Assembly (NCBI RefSeq): GCF_018350175.1
Contig: NC_058368.1
Span: 136,836,001-136,900,000 of the forward strand
Length of the DNA: 64,000 bases
Direction of reading: 5' to 3'
Origin: Felis catus
Lineage: Eukaryota
Of the stretch, positions 13,561-27,814 are shown piece after piece. The position numbers and the translations under genes were made by a program. The notes under the pieces are model-generated. The model did not search any database and had not been told where the DNA came from. It worked only from the letters and a program-made list of their open reading frames with translations. Positions within the stretch are counted from its first letter, which is position 1. Each line of letters begins with the position of its first letter.

Positions 13561-15338
13561 GCCTGGAATGCTATGGACTCCTAGGATGAGAGCCTCCAGG
13601 GGACTCATCACTCCGGAAAAATAAAGTACCTATCTAAGGTATCAGATCCCGCTGGGAAAGCTAGGTAGCATGTGTGGACAAAAGCCAGGAAAATACCCTT
13701 GAAGGTCACCCCTCTGGTATGATGAGGCCCCCAGGCTGCAGTGAGACTGGTCAGGAGTTAAGTGCACAGTCTAAAGGAGCTGGAGACACAGTTCTCACCC
13801 TAACTCCCAGCACACTGCTCCAGCGGGTCTTTGGCAAGGTACAGACAGTGCCCCTGACAATGGACTATTCTCTATTGCAGAGCCATGAACAGTAAGAAAC
13901 TGTCTCCTAGGCCTGTGGTAAGGATTAGCAAATAAGAAGTAAATAAAGCACTCGGCAATATTAAAGAAATTTAAAAATGCTGTTACAAGTCATTTCCCTC
14001 CTCTTGGGCTCTTACTCGTTTCTTAATAACATTGAAACATAATGACACCTGGCAACAGGCTAACAGAAAAATCTCTGATTTCCTTTCATTGCTGTAATAC
14101 ACAATCTCCATGCCTGCAAAGGAAAATTACTACTGCTTAAGCTCCTCATCAGCTCCCACCTTCTCCTCTTTCGACAGACAGACACAGATTCTTACAACAT
14201 GGGCCTAGGGTAGTGCGCTCACCTTCCAAGGAGCCACAGGGATATTTTTGCTTATTGAAAGAATGGAGCTATTTTGGACCGTCCTTTTTTAGACTGGCTG
14301 CCAACCTGGGACCTGGAGACATGCAAGCTGCCATCTGCCTCACCCCAGCTGTTGCTGACCTGCCATCCGTCCCCAACCACGGATGCCTGCTATCTGCCAG
14401 CTCAGTTAAGCAACTCAGGAGAGATGCTTGAGGCTAAGGTACGGTGTGGATGAACGTGTTGGCAGCACACAGCCTGCCACACTCACTACCTTGACTTCCG
14501 CTCATTAATGGGTGGCAGGTCACTTCCCATGACAATATGGAGCTGTATTCTGAGGAGAAAAACCTTCTCATGCAGCTCTGTGACAATCTCTTCTTATTAT
14601 AAGGCAATGAATTCAGTATTCCCCACATTTTTGCTAAAAACCAAGACTATTTTTAAAAAATGTTACATTCTTAAAATAGAGAGAATATGTTATGTACATC
14701 AGAAATTTCTATCACTTAGCCTTCAAGAATGATAATTGTGCTGCAGATTAAATTATCAGTTCTGATTACTGACACTCTGACAGTAAAAGGAACAAGTTTA
14801 ATTTTATGCATGCTAAACTGCCATGGTCTCAAAAGTATCGGAAAGTCTAAATAAGACTTTAAAGATGTAATTTGCAAGCATCCTTGGTGAAGAGGAAGAT
14901 ACACATGGAAAGAAGGAGTTTTTATGGCTTGACTTTGCATTCAATTAATTCAGTAATCAAATACCAATACAGGAATTGTTACAGCTTGTTAGAACCATGA
15001 AAACAATGGCTTTTACTGATGCCATAATTTTACCGATGACATACAGTTTTATTGCCTGAAAATGGAGATTAGAGCCTGCCTCGGGGATCACGTGTATATA
15101 TGTGGGCAGCACACATGGACTTGGGGAGTCCTGAGCTCACAACTATTGACAAGGTAGCCTGAGAAAGAGACGCTTTTCACCAACTGATAAAGGAAAACTC
15201 TAGGTAGGCTCACTATAACAGACTTCAAGTTGACAGATCATAAAAGGGATCTCTTGTGGAGAAAAGGCTAAGACCACAGCCTCTAGAAACCAAGTACCAT
15301 CAACAACCCAGAGACTACACAAAATATAACACATTTCC

Positions 15339-15573
15339 GGGGCGCCTGGGTGGCTCAGTCGGTTGAGCATCCGACTTCAGCTCAGGTCATGATCTCCCGG
15401 TCCGTGGGTTCGAGCCCCACGTCGGGCTCTGTGCTGACAGCTCAGAGCCTGGAGCCTGTTTCAGATTCTGTGTGTCTCCGTCTTTCTCTGACCCTCCCCT
15501 GTTCATGCTCTCTCTCGGTCTCAAAAATAAATAAAAGTTAAAAACAATTAAAACAACAACAACAAAAAAACAA
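15339..15573 (+). mobile_element. Can-SINE
   Basis: GGGGCGCCTGGGTGGCTCAG head; 19-bp TSD CAAAATATAACACATTTCC at 15320 and 15574. Confidence 0.95.
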
Positions 15574-16581
15574 CAAAATATAACACATTTCCTCCTATCT
15601 CTTAATTTTAATTTTCTCCTGCTTTACCATGCTCTATACTCTGGTCTCTATGGAATTCCTTCTGTCTCAGTTTCCTTGAAAAAAAGGCATACTGGGACCC
15701 TTACTGATAGTATCTTCCACTGTGCAAACACTACTGTTTTCATAGTACTGTCCCTCTGTTTACATTACATCCTTTTGGCTTCCCTTCTCTGCCTGGGTTA
15801 GGCAGCCGCTTACGTGCACACCATCTATGTTGGCTGCTCTCAGTGAATCTCTATGCCTTAGTCTCGGCATCAGTAAAATAAAGATGCAAATCTAATTCTT
15901 AGGAATGCTGTAAGTTTATAGTAAAGCAAAGACAGAAAGACATTTTTCTTCAAACGCCAAAGAGTGGGTACATGGATAGGAAACAGAAATTAATCCTATG
16001 CCCAAGGGAAAAATATTTTGCTCAACTCCTTTTCACACTAACACGGGGCATATAAACTCTTTTTAGCAAATGTAGAGCATAACTGAGCTGTCAGCTTCTT
16101 ATGCCTAGCAGCCAGATGCCCTGTGAAGGGCCCTTTCCTCTCAGCAGCCATTGGTTGCACAGTTACTTTTCTCCTCAGTGCCTTAACACCTCTGCTTACT
16201 GCTAAGCAGCATTACGGCTTCTCCCTCACCAAGCCCAGAGAACGGATAGGTGGCGATACCAAAACCGGGCAGAATTATATCCTGCTCAACCCCACCCCTG
16301 CAATGATCTCCTGCCTACAGCATCTCTGGCCAGTCTGCATCTCTTCGCTTTCCCCACATCTTCTTCAAGCTCTGTGGAGAAGCTTATGAGACTGGCTGTA
16401 TTTAAGCTTTCATTTGGAAAACAGCACACCTATAAACCATATGTTCGTCTTACTCTATAAAGTCTAAACTAAAATAAGAAAAGAAAGCCTTCTTTGTAAG
16501 AAGGAAAAAAACAAAGACCTAGAAAATTTCAAAAGGCCTGGAGGAAACCTAAGCAAAGGACTTTTCAAACACAATCTCATA

Positions 16582-17256
16582 GCAGGGTTCTTGACATTTC
16601 TTTGTGGCATGAATTCTCCGGCAGTCTGATGAAGCTCATAAACTCCTCAGAATGATGTTTTAAATGCATAAAATAAAAGCACACAGGATCACAAAGGAAA
16701 CCAGTTACAGTGAAATACAATTATCAAAATATTAAAAAAATCCTTAAGATGTAGGAACATGTGCTTCTGTATTAATGCACGAATTAACACTATCTAGCAG
16801 TAGTTTAATTCCAAATGCAATGTTTATGTATTATTTTTTTTTTTTGAGAGAGAGAGAGAGAATGAGTAGGGGGAGGGCAGAGAAAGAGGGAGACACAGAC
16901 TTTGAAGCAGGCTCCAGGCTCTCAATTGTCAGCACAGAACCCAAAGCGAGGCTCAAACTCACGAACCACGAGATGATGACCGGAGCCAAATAAGCCACCC
17001 AGGACCCCCCCAAATTTAATTTCTAAGCAGTGATGAGCATAATTTGTCAAGAGATCTGCAACAAACGTGTGAGATTTGAAAAATCTGCTTTTATTAGTGA
17101 GAAAGACACAGATGTTGCTTATAATACTGTGATCTGTTGCAAATATGCATAATTGAAGGAAATGCTAAATATTATTGAGAGTTTAGTGAAAATAAATACA
17201 TAGTTTTATTCTCATTGAAGTTCACAGACCTCTCTACATTCTCTCCGCAGACCCCA
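16582..17256 (+). mobile_element. hAT-Charlie (Charlie4a-like) DNA transposon relic interrupted by an antisense Can-SINE (about 16831-17011)
   Basis: CAGGGTTCTTGAC... start and GGCAGTCTGATGAAG...AATGCATAAAATAAA...ACAAAGGAAACCA resemble the recalled Charlie4a consensus. Confidence 0.75.
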
Positions 17257-19717
17257 ACACATACATAAAGCAGTTGGAGGCACAGCTTCCCTGGCTTAAA
17301 CAGAAGCAGAAACAGAAGCAGAGGGCTGGTGGCAGCATTGCCTGGCTTCTCTGTCACCGCCTTTTCCTCCCCAGCCCACAGCCCCGAGGCCCCTGTGAGC
17401 AATCAGCTCCAAGGCTTGTTGGAAGCAGCTTGAAAAGCACTCACAAAGAAGGTACTATTCGGCCTGTGGAGAGTACGAGTGCAACAGCACGCCGATGCCT
17501 ATTTTCCCACTCTCCCAGCCGTATCTATACATATGGTGTGAACAGAGTATGTGGGGGATCGGGTTCTTCTTACCTCATTTTCTTTTCACTTTTTTATTCT
17601 CCTATTTTAATCTTGTTTCCTTTATTTTGTTATAGCCCACCAGTTCTTAGCATGCCTTCTCTTGTTTCTTACTGACGGATTTTGTTTATTGTACTTCAGT
17701 TCAGCGCTTGTGCTGTTGTGCTCATTTTTACTCTTGGTTTTATTTTCCCATTAGATGTGTAGAATATTATCAGGGACTCTTTTTCTTGTCAACCTATATA
17801 GTGTCTGGTATTAAGTGCTTTAATCACCTTTAGTTCACATTATTCCTTTGTTTAAAGCATCACTGCCCTTTCCTCGTTTTTGATTTTGATTTTGTTTGTT
17901 CGTTGTTGTTTAATGAATGGTGGGGGGAAAAGCTGATCATCAGGTTGCAGTCCCCCAGGGGTCAAATAGGGGTGTTTGGATATTCTTTTCCCTCATACTC
18001 TCTCAAACGCAGCCTTTCTAACTCTCCTTAAAAGATCCCTGGGAATCTCAATCTTGAAGCCTCTAAACTTTTAAACCTGTGTCCCTCAGGAGAGTCAAAG
18101 GCTAAAATTCTCTCCTGGGAGGATAGAATGGTAACAAGCCGGCCTGTGCCAGCAGCACCCTGAACTGCTGGAACTTGTGCACCTGAGTCAACGGCAGACG
18201 CTCAGTCAGCCCTCCACTGGTCACGCAAGGTTCCAAACTTCTCTGGCTCTAATACTGCTTACATCATCAGTGGGGAGACCGATCACTAGAAGATGGGAGA
18301 ACGCAGCAGATAGGCTCTACTTGCTGAGCCTGACCCACACAGGCTGAGGCAGAGAAAGAGTTGAGCCAATGACAGAGGTGGCAGCCCAAAGTCCTGTTGT
18401 GGGCCCTACCCTCAAAGATGGTACTGCCTGGGGAGTGAGAAATCCTCCCAAGAAGCTGTCAGTTATTTGGGATTAAGAAATGGCTTCATTTCCTTACTCT
18501 AGACTGGTGATCATAAGCTTCTCTAAGATGTCTAAAGTCATCCCATGTGGGGATGCCGGGCATCACAACCACTACATGCTGAAGACCTAACTGGTGGCAA
18601 TACCACAGGCCCTTGGTGTCTTTTGGATTGACATTCCTGACTTCAATTAATGCAGAGAAACCTTGAGAGTTCATTACTTGTAACTTCTAATTTTGCTGAG
18701 GCACAACCTTTATATATTCTCTAAGGCTGGAAAACAGGAATGAGACATTGAGCTAATGAGTGAATGTAGCCAACCTCCATTATCTACATCTTGATGCAGT
18801 TTTTTGGGGTTATACCTAGTCCCATACACATATAACAGTAATTTCATGAAGTCACAAAAATGTTTATTTCTTTAAAAAAAAAAAAAAGGCTGAGAAAAAG
18901 AGAGCCGATTTTCTTGGCAATGGAAGGGAGGAGAAACAACAGAAATAAAGTGATGTCATTGTTAGAACAATAGTTTTGGTTTTTTTATTCAAGTATAGTT
19001 GACATTCAATATATTAGAACCTCAGTTTTGATTAAGCAAAGGATGGGATGTCAAATTAAACAGTGACTCATCTTAAGATGGGTAAGAGTCTTCTATATAA
19101 CCTATATGGAAACAGGAGGAAGAGTTTAGGAAACTTTCAGTAAGAGTCTAGGCCTAACAAAACTGACATCATGAGAGGAATCATGATGGTCTTAAAGGCG
19201 GGACTTAAATTTCTCAGTTAAACTTTAATGTATGAGGAATGGGACAGTCTTTAACTTGGTCTCTATACTCCAGCACCTTGGACACAGCCTAGGCATGTAA
19301 CAGGTGCTCAGTAAACACTTGCTGAATGTTGAATCACTGAAATCAGTTATATACTACAGAGGTACTTGTAAATTTGGGTTGTATTTCTTCCAAAATCATG
19401 GCACTGTGTCCCACAGGACAGAATTCTAAGAAATAATTTCTCTTTAGACATTGGAACTATTTTCTGCATTTTGCCATCAACAAAGCAAAAGAAAAAGAAC
19501 TGGGAAGATGGTGGCCTGAATACACTTTCCACCACAGGCAAAAATAACTATCAAAGGAGCCCCACGGTGCCAAAGAACCACTAAAAAAGGCAGGACTTAC
19601 TCTCATTAAAGAATACATTTATATTTAGGAGAGCACTTGCAATTATGATTTCAGGACTAGAATCTAAAATTATGAAATGATTAAAGGCATTCTTAAATTT
19701 AAAATAAATGCTTTTAA

Positions 19718-19905
19718 GGGTGCCTGGGTAGCCCACTCGGTTGAATGTCTGACTCTTGGTTCCAGCTCAAGTCATGATCTCACTGTTCATGGGTTCGAGC
19801 CCTATATCAGGCTCTGAACTGGCAGCATGGAGCCTGCTTGGGATTCTCTCTGTCCCTCTCCTGCTACCATGTGCACACGCTATCTCTCTCTCAAAAAAAA
19901 AACTT
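19718..19905 (+). mobile_element. Can-SINE (older)
   Basis: GGGTGCCTGGGTAGCCCACTCGG head, CT tract and A tail. Confidence 0.88.
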
Positions 19906-20104
19906 TTAAATAAGTATATTTCAGGTGTGAAATCTAATGTACTTAAGATTTACATTTGTACACAAAACACCAAAAAGGTGGCAGAATTTACCCAATTCAG
20001 AAAGAAAGAAAAAAAAAAAGGCTCATTACTATGTAGCAAAATCATGTAAAAGAAAATTGAATACATTTTCATTAATATAAAGAAAGCTTTAAAAAATGTA
20101 CCTA

Positions 20105-20308
20105 GGGGATGCCTACATGGCTCAGTTGGTTGAGTGTCTTACTTTGGTTCAGGTCATGATCTCAGGTTCATTAGTTCAAGCCACGCATCCAGTTTGTTGC
20201 TATCACTGTGGAACCCGCTCAGGAGCCTCTGTCCCCCTCTCTGCCTGCCCCTCTCCCACTTATGCTCTCTCTCAAAAATAAAATAAACATTAAAAGAAAT
20301 AATAAAAA
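20105..20308 (+). mobile_element. Can-SINE
   Basis: Diverged head GGGGATGCCTACATGGCTCAG and A tail. Confidence 0.88.
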
Positions 20309-20393
20309 ATACCCAGATGGAAAAAATAAAAAAACTCTCTTAATCAAAACAAAGGACAAATGGCAAATTCTACTGTAATGCTTACTAAGAACA

Positions 20394-20600
20394 TTTTTTT
20401 AATTAACTTATATATTTTGAGAGAGAGAAAGTGCAAGCTAGGGAGGGGTAGAGAGAGAGGGAGAGAGACAGAATCTCACACAAGCTCCACTTTGTTAGCA
20501 CGTAGCCAGATGTGGGGCTCGAACTCATAAACCATGTGATCATGACCTGAGCTGAAATCAAGAGTCAGGTGCTTAATCAACTGAGCCACCCAGGCACCCC
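20394..20600 (-). mobile_element. Can-SINE
   Basis: Antisense copy ending CTGAGCCACCCAGGCACCCC. Confidence 0.9.
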
Positions 20601-21485
20601 AAAACATTTTAAGCGTCAGTTTGAATCTATTTTTGAAACCCAGGAATTGGAACAAATCATAAATCACATTTTTTAAATCACAACAAGGAATCACAATAAA
20701 AAGTTGTAAGGTATCATTTTGATCTGATCGATGAAACTATAAGAAAAAAATCAGAATTTATTTGACCAGTCCCTTATTTAACAAGCTTTAGGTTATTCAC
20801 ATCTTTTGCTACCACAGATGATGCTGTAGTGAACAAGCTTCTTTTTCTTTGTACACACAGGTGAGTGTGTCTGTAGTTCACAGTAGGATTGTTCACAGCT
20901 GTGGGAAAGTATGAAGCAAATGTGGTAATGTCCGTAAAGTTTTACAATACAGTGTTAATTAAAAATAGGTGCTGAATAGTGGATATAGACTGTACTTCCA
21001 TCTGAATAAGAAAGGGAGAGAAGAGATATATAAAATTGTTCACCTATCAGACTGACAAAAAATCTCAAAGTGTGAAAACACCTGTTGGCCAACCTGTAAA
21101 AACAGGCCTTTCTACTCCAGTGCTGGCAGTAATGTCATCTGGTGAAATCTCAATAGAAAGCAATTTGGCAGCAGCTATTATAATTACAAATGTATACACT
21201 TATGAGGATTATGTGTAAAATTACATGTGTACAGGATTGTTAATTACTATACTACACCTACTACAAAGAGACAGAGCAAACAACCTAAAGGTCCTATAAT
21301 AGAGAACTGGTTTAAATAATACATTCACAATACAGAATATGATGCATATAAAAAATGAGGAAGCTATCTATATACTGATATGGAAATATCTCCAAAACAC
21401 AAACTTAAAAAGGTGCTAAATATTATGCATAATACCTACCACCCTTTGTGAGAGAATATATAGTCAAACCAAATGGAAAACTTAC

Positions 21486-21544
21486 TTGTAAAGGTAATAC
21501 TCTGCATGGTCTATCTCTTCTCTAGACGAAATGTTGTCCACAAA
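21486..21544 (-). CDS. MRPS27: MRPS27 coding exon 4; later exons lie beyond the left edge
   Basis: tttcag|TTTGTGGAC...TTTACAA|gtaagt, 59 nt, [19 protein letters not shown](K). No match to the expected next exon (FRHSPNCWY...) was seen in 1-21485. Confidence 0.97.
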
Positions 21545-21634
21545 CTGAAAGACAGAAAAATAAACTTCGAATACAGATTATGCTATATATTGGACCTGAT
21601 TCACACAATGACCTTAAAAAAGATAGGACATCCA

Positions 21635-21853
21635 GGGGCACGTGGGTGGCTCAGCTGAGTAAGCATCCAACTTAAGCTCAGGTTATGATCTCATGGTTTG
21701 TGAGTTCGAGCCCCGTGTCGGGCTCTGTGCTGACAGCTCATAGCTTGGAGCCTGCTTTGGATTCTGTGCTTCCCCTCTCTCTCTGCCCCTCCCCAGCTCA
21801 TGCTCACTTGCTCTCTCTCTCAAAAATAAATAAACTTAAAAATTTTTTTTTTT
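21635..21853 (+). mobile_element. Can-SINE in MRPS27 intron 3, about 90 nt from the exon 4 acceptor
   Basis: TSD AAAGATAGGACATCCA at 21619 and 21854. Confidence 0.93.
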
Positions 21854-23747
21854 AAAGATAGGACATCCATTTTATTCGAACACTGTTCCCATGGTACGGC
21901 TCCATTCTTGAAACCCTTTTGTGCTAATGCAAAGAACACACAAAGCCTTCTGTTTTTCTATGTGTAGATCAACCTTGATAAGAAAAACTGTTTGAAAACC
22001 AAACATGAAACTTGCCCAGAACGAGAGAGCTCCTCCTACTATGTTTATAATTAGTTATCAATATTTCCCTTTATCTTTAAATCCTGATATTTTCTCTATG
22101 TTCCAAACTCCAAACATGAGAACAGGTAGGTGAAAGGAGAAAGACTCTAACGGCTGAAAAAATATGGCCCAAGAGATGAAAATCTAAATTTAGAAAATGT
22201 AGCCTTACGACCATTTTTCCTACTCTGACCCTGCTATGAACCAGTCAACCTGTGATCCTTCCACCAACAAAGTCTTCCTTTGAACCATAAAATCCTTGTG
22301 TATGCTCCTAACTCCAAAGTAAAGAAACAAACAAAAATAATTATTCCAAGGATGTATTCTATCCTATAGGAGACACAGGCAAAAAGGATGGAGTAGGACA
22401 AAATGCATGTTGTGCCTAAAATTGAAACTTTATGAAGAAAAAGAGCAAAAGCGGAGAGGCTTTCTAAAAATGTCTAGGACTTAAGGATTTTATTTAGAAA
22501 TCTCATTAAGGAGCAGATAAAACACAATTCAAACACAGGACTTAAAGTTGAGAACTCATTCTCCTGAGTGAGTGTTTGCTGTGTGGCACAGACAGATGGT
22601 ACAGCCACTCTGGAACTTAGCTGGTCCATCTGCATTAAAAGAATAAGGGCACCTACACTGAAGAGTGTGAGACTCCAGTGAGAAAATGTACGTGAAAGCT
22701 CTTTAAGCTCTCAAGTGCTGCTTAAACAAGTATCAGGTATTATGGCATACATAAATCTTATCCATCATGTAAGAGATGAGCAATGGCTTTTCAGGCCCCC
22801 TCTGAAAATTGAGGCTACACAATTTAGGTTATGACCTAGTTAAAACTGCTTCCCTACTAAAAGGAAAATATCAAGAGGCAGAAAGAAAAGACTGAGACTA
22901 AAAAGGATAAGGGTTTCTTTACTTTTCCTCATGTAAATTTAAAAACATCCTGAATTTTATGGTGCCATTAATTTCTACAAAGAATTTTCACAATTAAGAT
23001 CTCATTTTAGCATACCAGCCCTGTGGGGAGATACTACTGATCCCACACTGGAAATGAGGAAATTGAGAGGGGCTCAATTGCCTAATGTCACAAAATGAAT
23101 TCATGATAAAGAAAAGATCAGATCTACTTGAGGGAGGCAACAGAGAAAGACTTTGATGTCACAGAGATTTGGGTTCGGAGCTCAATTTTTCTATTTGTGA
23201 ACTGTGTGTACCTGAGTAAGTTATCAACCAGTCTGAGTCTTACATATAAAATGCAGTTAACAGTGCTTATCTCATATGGCCATTACGTGAATTAATAGAG
23301 GTAATGTACATTAAGAAGCTAGTACAATAGCTGGTATAGAAAGTGTTCAGTAACAGTTACTATCAATTACCATTCCTGATTTTCAGCCTAATATTATCCT
23401 CTGCTCCACTGCACTGCAGTATTAACCAGTAATATCCATTCTTTTATAGACTTTCTCAAATATCAAAATCACTTCCAATATTAACAAGTGAAATACTACT
23501 ACTTTGAAGGGTGTATCAACATAAAAAAAATCATAGTATCATAAAACAGAATATCATATCCTAGAAAAATTCAAATCAGATACACAACAATGATCACTGA
23601 CATCAGAGTCTGGTAAATTTATTACTTTTTACTTCAGTTATAGAAATTTGCTACTTTACCACAAAATATCTATTAGTAACTACAAAAACATACCCTACTA
23701 TGCAAGAGTATTTCCTATGAAAAGTAGCCTTTATTTACACAGCTTCA

Positions 23748-23909
<162 letters not shown>

Positions 23910-24131
23910 TCAAATACACATATTTCTTAAGAAAAATCTAACAGATAACAACTCCTACCAGATGGCTGCCAACATTGTGAAGTCATTATTAAAACAGATG
24001 CTCTTTCTTGCTCTTTTTATAAATCATTTTTGTATAAATTAGAAAGGATAAAGGAATATTAGTAATATTTTAAAAAATGGTTAACTGGAGTACGGATTAT
24101 TTTTAAAATCCTACCATGTATTTAGCTTTTT

Positions 24132-24343
24132 AATTTTTTTAAAGTTTATTTATTTTTAAGAGAGAGAGATAGAGAGCACACAAGCCAGGAAGGGGCAGAG
24201 AGAGAAGGAGACACAGAATCTGAAACAGGCTCCAGGCTGTGAGCTGTCAGCACAAGCCCGACACGGGGCTTGAACTCACAAACCGCGAGATCATGACCTG
24301 AGCTGACGTCAGACACTTAACCCACTGAGCCACCCATGCCCTC
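24132..24343 (-). mobile_element. Can-SINE
   Basis: Antisense copy; imperfect TSD ACCAT(G/A)TA(T/G)TTAGCTTTTTA. Confidence 0.92.
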
Positions 24344-24829
24344 GACCATATAGTTAGCTTTTAAACAGTGGATCAATAAAGTACCTCTGGAAGGAGATAG
24401 AAGAAAGTGTTATCACTGACACTTTCCAGGGAAAGGAATTACATAGTAGGGAACCAAAGAAAGGAGATCCTTCGTTGCTTACACATTTATTCTTTTTGCA
24501 TTTTGAACCAGGTAGCTAGCTGTATTAGCTCTTCAAAAATTTAAAGATTGGAATTTATGAAATGACTTACACATTTTCTGAACAAATCTGAGAGGCATTC
24601 TGACTACGTTTAGTAATTTTTGGCCTGAACTAATTCCTATTCTGGTTGCTTTGAGCAGAATATCCACAGAAATACTTGGCATTCCTGAGATTACATTGTT
24701 ATCTCAGAGTCTAAAAAGATCTGAAACACCAAGCAACATACTCTCAAAAGAATTATTTCACACCTTCTCATTGCTTCTCAAAGTTACAATATGTTCTTTC
24801 CCCTTCTTTCCTCCCCTGAGCTCATGGTT

Positions 24830-25940
24830 TTGTGTCTTCTTTCCCCGAGTATAAAATAGAAGCAATCAACAGAACTTCATCCTCCTCCCACCAGGTCTCC
24901 AAGCTACCAGCATCTATGCACATATACTCTGCCTTCTATTTTTTAATAAAGGATGAACTTTATCAAACAAAAAACCAAAGAGACAAAAACCTCCCTTAAC
25001 CTCCTATCTCCTTCCAGATAACTTCTCCGTTGCTCTGTTCCCCTCAGCAGCAAGAGTTCTCAAATCAGTCATCCCTGACACAACTATTACTACTTCCTTA
25101 GGTCCTTTCTTGAACTCGTTCAAATCAGGTTTTAGTTTCCATTATTCCACTAACACCAAAGACCACCTCCACAGTGTTAAATCCAACAGTTAATATTTCA
25201 TCCACATCTTACTTGACCTCTCACTAGCATGTTAACATAGTTGACCATTCTGTACTCTTTCTTCACTTTCTTGGGCTCCTTTGCAAAATCTCCTCTTATT
25301 GACTTCTAAATGGTGGAGTGCCTAAGTCTCAGTGGTAGACTTTTCACCATCTTCTCAGTCCCTGGGTGATCTCATGCCCTCCCACAGCTTTAATATCATC
25401 TACGGATTATTTACTCCATGTATATATGCCTACCCTGACTTCTTTCTGCCTGTAACTTCAGACTTGTGTTTCCAACTGCTGAGGTGACATCTCCATTTGG
25501 ATGCCTAACAGGTATCTAAACATGGCAGGTCCTCTTAATTCTCCAACCTTTCCCTCAAACTTGCTTTTCGCATCTCAGTACACAGCTATTACATCTACTG
25601 GCTTATTCAGGTCAAAAACCTAGGTGTCTTCCTCAACCCCATTCTTTTTCACTCTATAACCAACTGTCAACAAGTACTAAAGGCTCTAGATTTGAAACAT
25701 AAATATAAGTATGTATTTTTTCCTACTACCACTGCTAATCTCACACCTCTCGACTAGTCATGTTAACTATTGCCCCCCCCCCACTTACAATCTAACCTCT
25801 ACACAGCAGTCTGAGCAAGACTTTTAAAAAAAGATAAGTCAAATACTGTCATTTTCTCTTCTCAACCAGCCAACAGCTTTCTATCATACTTGGAATAAAA
25901 TCCAAAATATTTTCTATGACCTACAAATGCCTACATAAGC
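24830..25940. mobile_element. L2 LINE relic
   Basis: Pyrimidine-rich, with CATCTTACTTGACCTCTCA, GACATCTCCATTTGGATG and CACACAGCAG...AGTCAAAT L2 motifs. Confidence 0.7.
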
Positions 25941-27046
25941 TAGTCTGTGTTTGTTTTTTGTATTTTCTGTCTTTTACACTTAGAAGAAGCAGAGGTAATC
26001 AATCAACAAGTAATTCTTGAAGACCTATTGCTGTGCATTTAGCCATTTTTTTCCCTCTTTCCTTTCCCTGGAGTAACGCTCTCAACGACTCAGTAGCTAC
26101 TGGGGGAAAGCAACACAAAACCCTAAAAACCTGATATAATGTAAAAGTGATTACTTTTCTTACAACTACCTTAAAGGGATTGACACCAGGTAATTAAAGA
26201 CTATTAAAACACACACACGGAGGTCTCTGAAACCTCTTCATATTAAGGCAAATTACTATTGTTAAACCTACTTGCTCAGAAAGGGATATTAAACAGCAGT
26301 CTCATGGTACCAAATCTTTTTGATACACGTTGGATTGAGTTGGCTTCTGTAGCGTGGTAACTCAAGATTCCATTTTAATCCTTCACACCAAGACATCTTC
26401 TTCAGTCAAGTGAAATTGGTTGGGGCCTCAAAAAAGCAACAGCTGCATAGCAAGCATCAGATGAATAACATTTGCATATTATAAGTCAGAGAGGGGTTTG
26501 CTGCTAAATATTCTATGTGACCAATCACCTTACACGATAGTGTTGGCGTGATGAATGAGGCAGAAGACTGCACAGGGCAGAGATGGCCAGGAAAGCTGGA
26601 GCAGCTGTGGCCTACAGAGGGCCAGCGCCATAGGCTTCTGGACCACAGACTTCAACAGCCAAAAAAACACTTCGTGTTTCAGTGAGGGGCCCACAAATGC
26701 CCAGGTTTTGTTCAAAAAAATGTGCCACAGAAGATGCCTTCTTCCCTGTCATTCAGCTCCTCAGGACTGCAGCAGACAGCTGAGGTCCACAAAAGCCATA
26801 TGGGAAAATGCATCTTCATTTAACGAAACTTAAAGCTGTATAGACAATGTGAAAGTATGTCCAAGAAATGAAATGTATACTAGTATAAAATGTTCTTATC
26901 TGAAGAAAACAATACCATTGATGATTTAAGGTCATAAAAGATTTTATTTAAGGATCCTGCATGATTCCAAGTATAGGAGGGTACTTGTTCAAAAACCCGG
27001 TTGAGGATTTGAATCACGTGCGGGATTTTAAAACTTTAAAATTTCA

Positions 27047-27253
27047 GGGGCACCTGCGTGGCTCAGTTGGTTACGTGACCAACTCCTGATTTTGGCTTAG
27101 GTCATGATCTCACTGGTTCGTGAGATGGAGACCCACTTAGGGCTCCAAGCTATCAGCATGGGATTCATTCTCTCTCTCTCTCTGTCGCTGCCCCTCTCCA
27201 ACTTGCATTTTTTTCTCTCTCTCGAAATAAATAAACTTAAAAAAAAAAAAAAA
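27047..27253 (+). mobile_element. Can-SINE inserted in a MER5-like relic
   Basis: Head GGGGCACCTGCGTGGCTCAG and A tail; TSD-like AACTTTAAAA(T/C)TTCAG. Confidence 0.88.
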
Positions 27254-27665
27254 GAACTTTAAAACTTCAGATTCCTATGCTTCACACCCAGAGAGCGATT
27301 TTAATTCTGTAGGCCTGAAGTGAGACCACGGAAATACCAATTTTTAAACAAAAGACCCCAAGAGATTGCAATTCAACCTCACAAGAACTAGAGTGAATTA
27401 TGTTTGACAACTGCCATGGAGAGAACACAAAACACATCTTCAATATTGCTCTTAAGTTCAAAGATGATATTAAACTGAATTCTATTTCTGGAAAAAGGTG
27501 GAAAATAAAACACCTAAATAAAATATTTTTTAAAAATTCATATATATGACAGTTTTAGGTGAGAAATTATTAGATGGTTTTGGTTTTTTATGATTTCTAT
27601 GTGACTGTACATGACTGTTCATCAGTAAACACTAAACTCTTTCTGGGCTTAAGACCTGTGTACCT

Positions 27666-27814
27666 TGGGAAAAATGGGTGAAGGGCATTAAGGAGGACAC
27701 TTGTTGGGATGAGCACTGATTGTTATAGATAAGTGATGTATCACTGGATTCTAACTCCTGAAGCCAAGACTATACTGTACGTTAACTAACTTGAGAATAC
27801 ATTAAAAAAAAAAA
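27666..27814 (+). mobile_element. 5'-truncated carnivore L1 3' end with poly-A
   Basis: GGGCATTAAGGAGGACACTTGTTGGGATGAGCACTG...GTTAACTAACTTG plus A tail; TSD CTGTGTACCT at 27656 and 27816. Confidence 0.9.

Noticed and set aside
17274..17675. 133-aa ORF with QKQKQK and an LPWLKQK stretch resembling MRPS27 LPGLKQK
   Set aside because: Non-ATG start, low complexity and the wrong strand for MRPS27; the similarity is too short to be meaningful.
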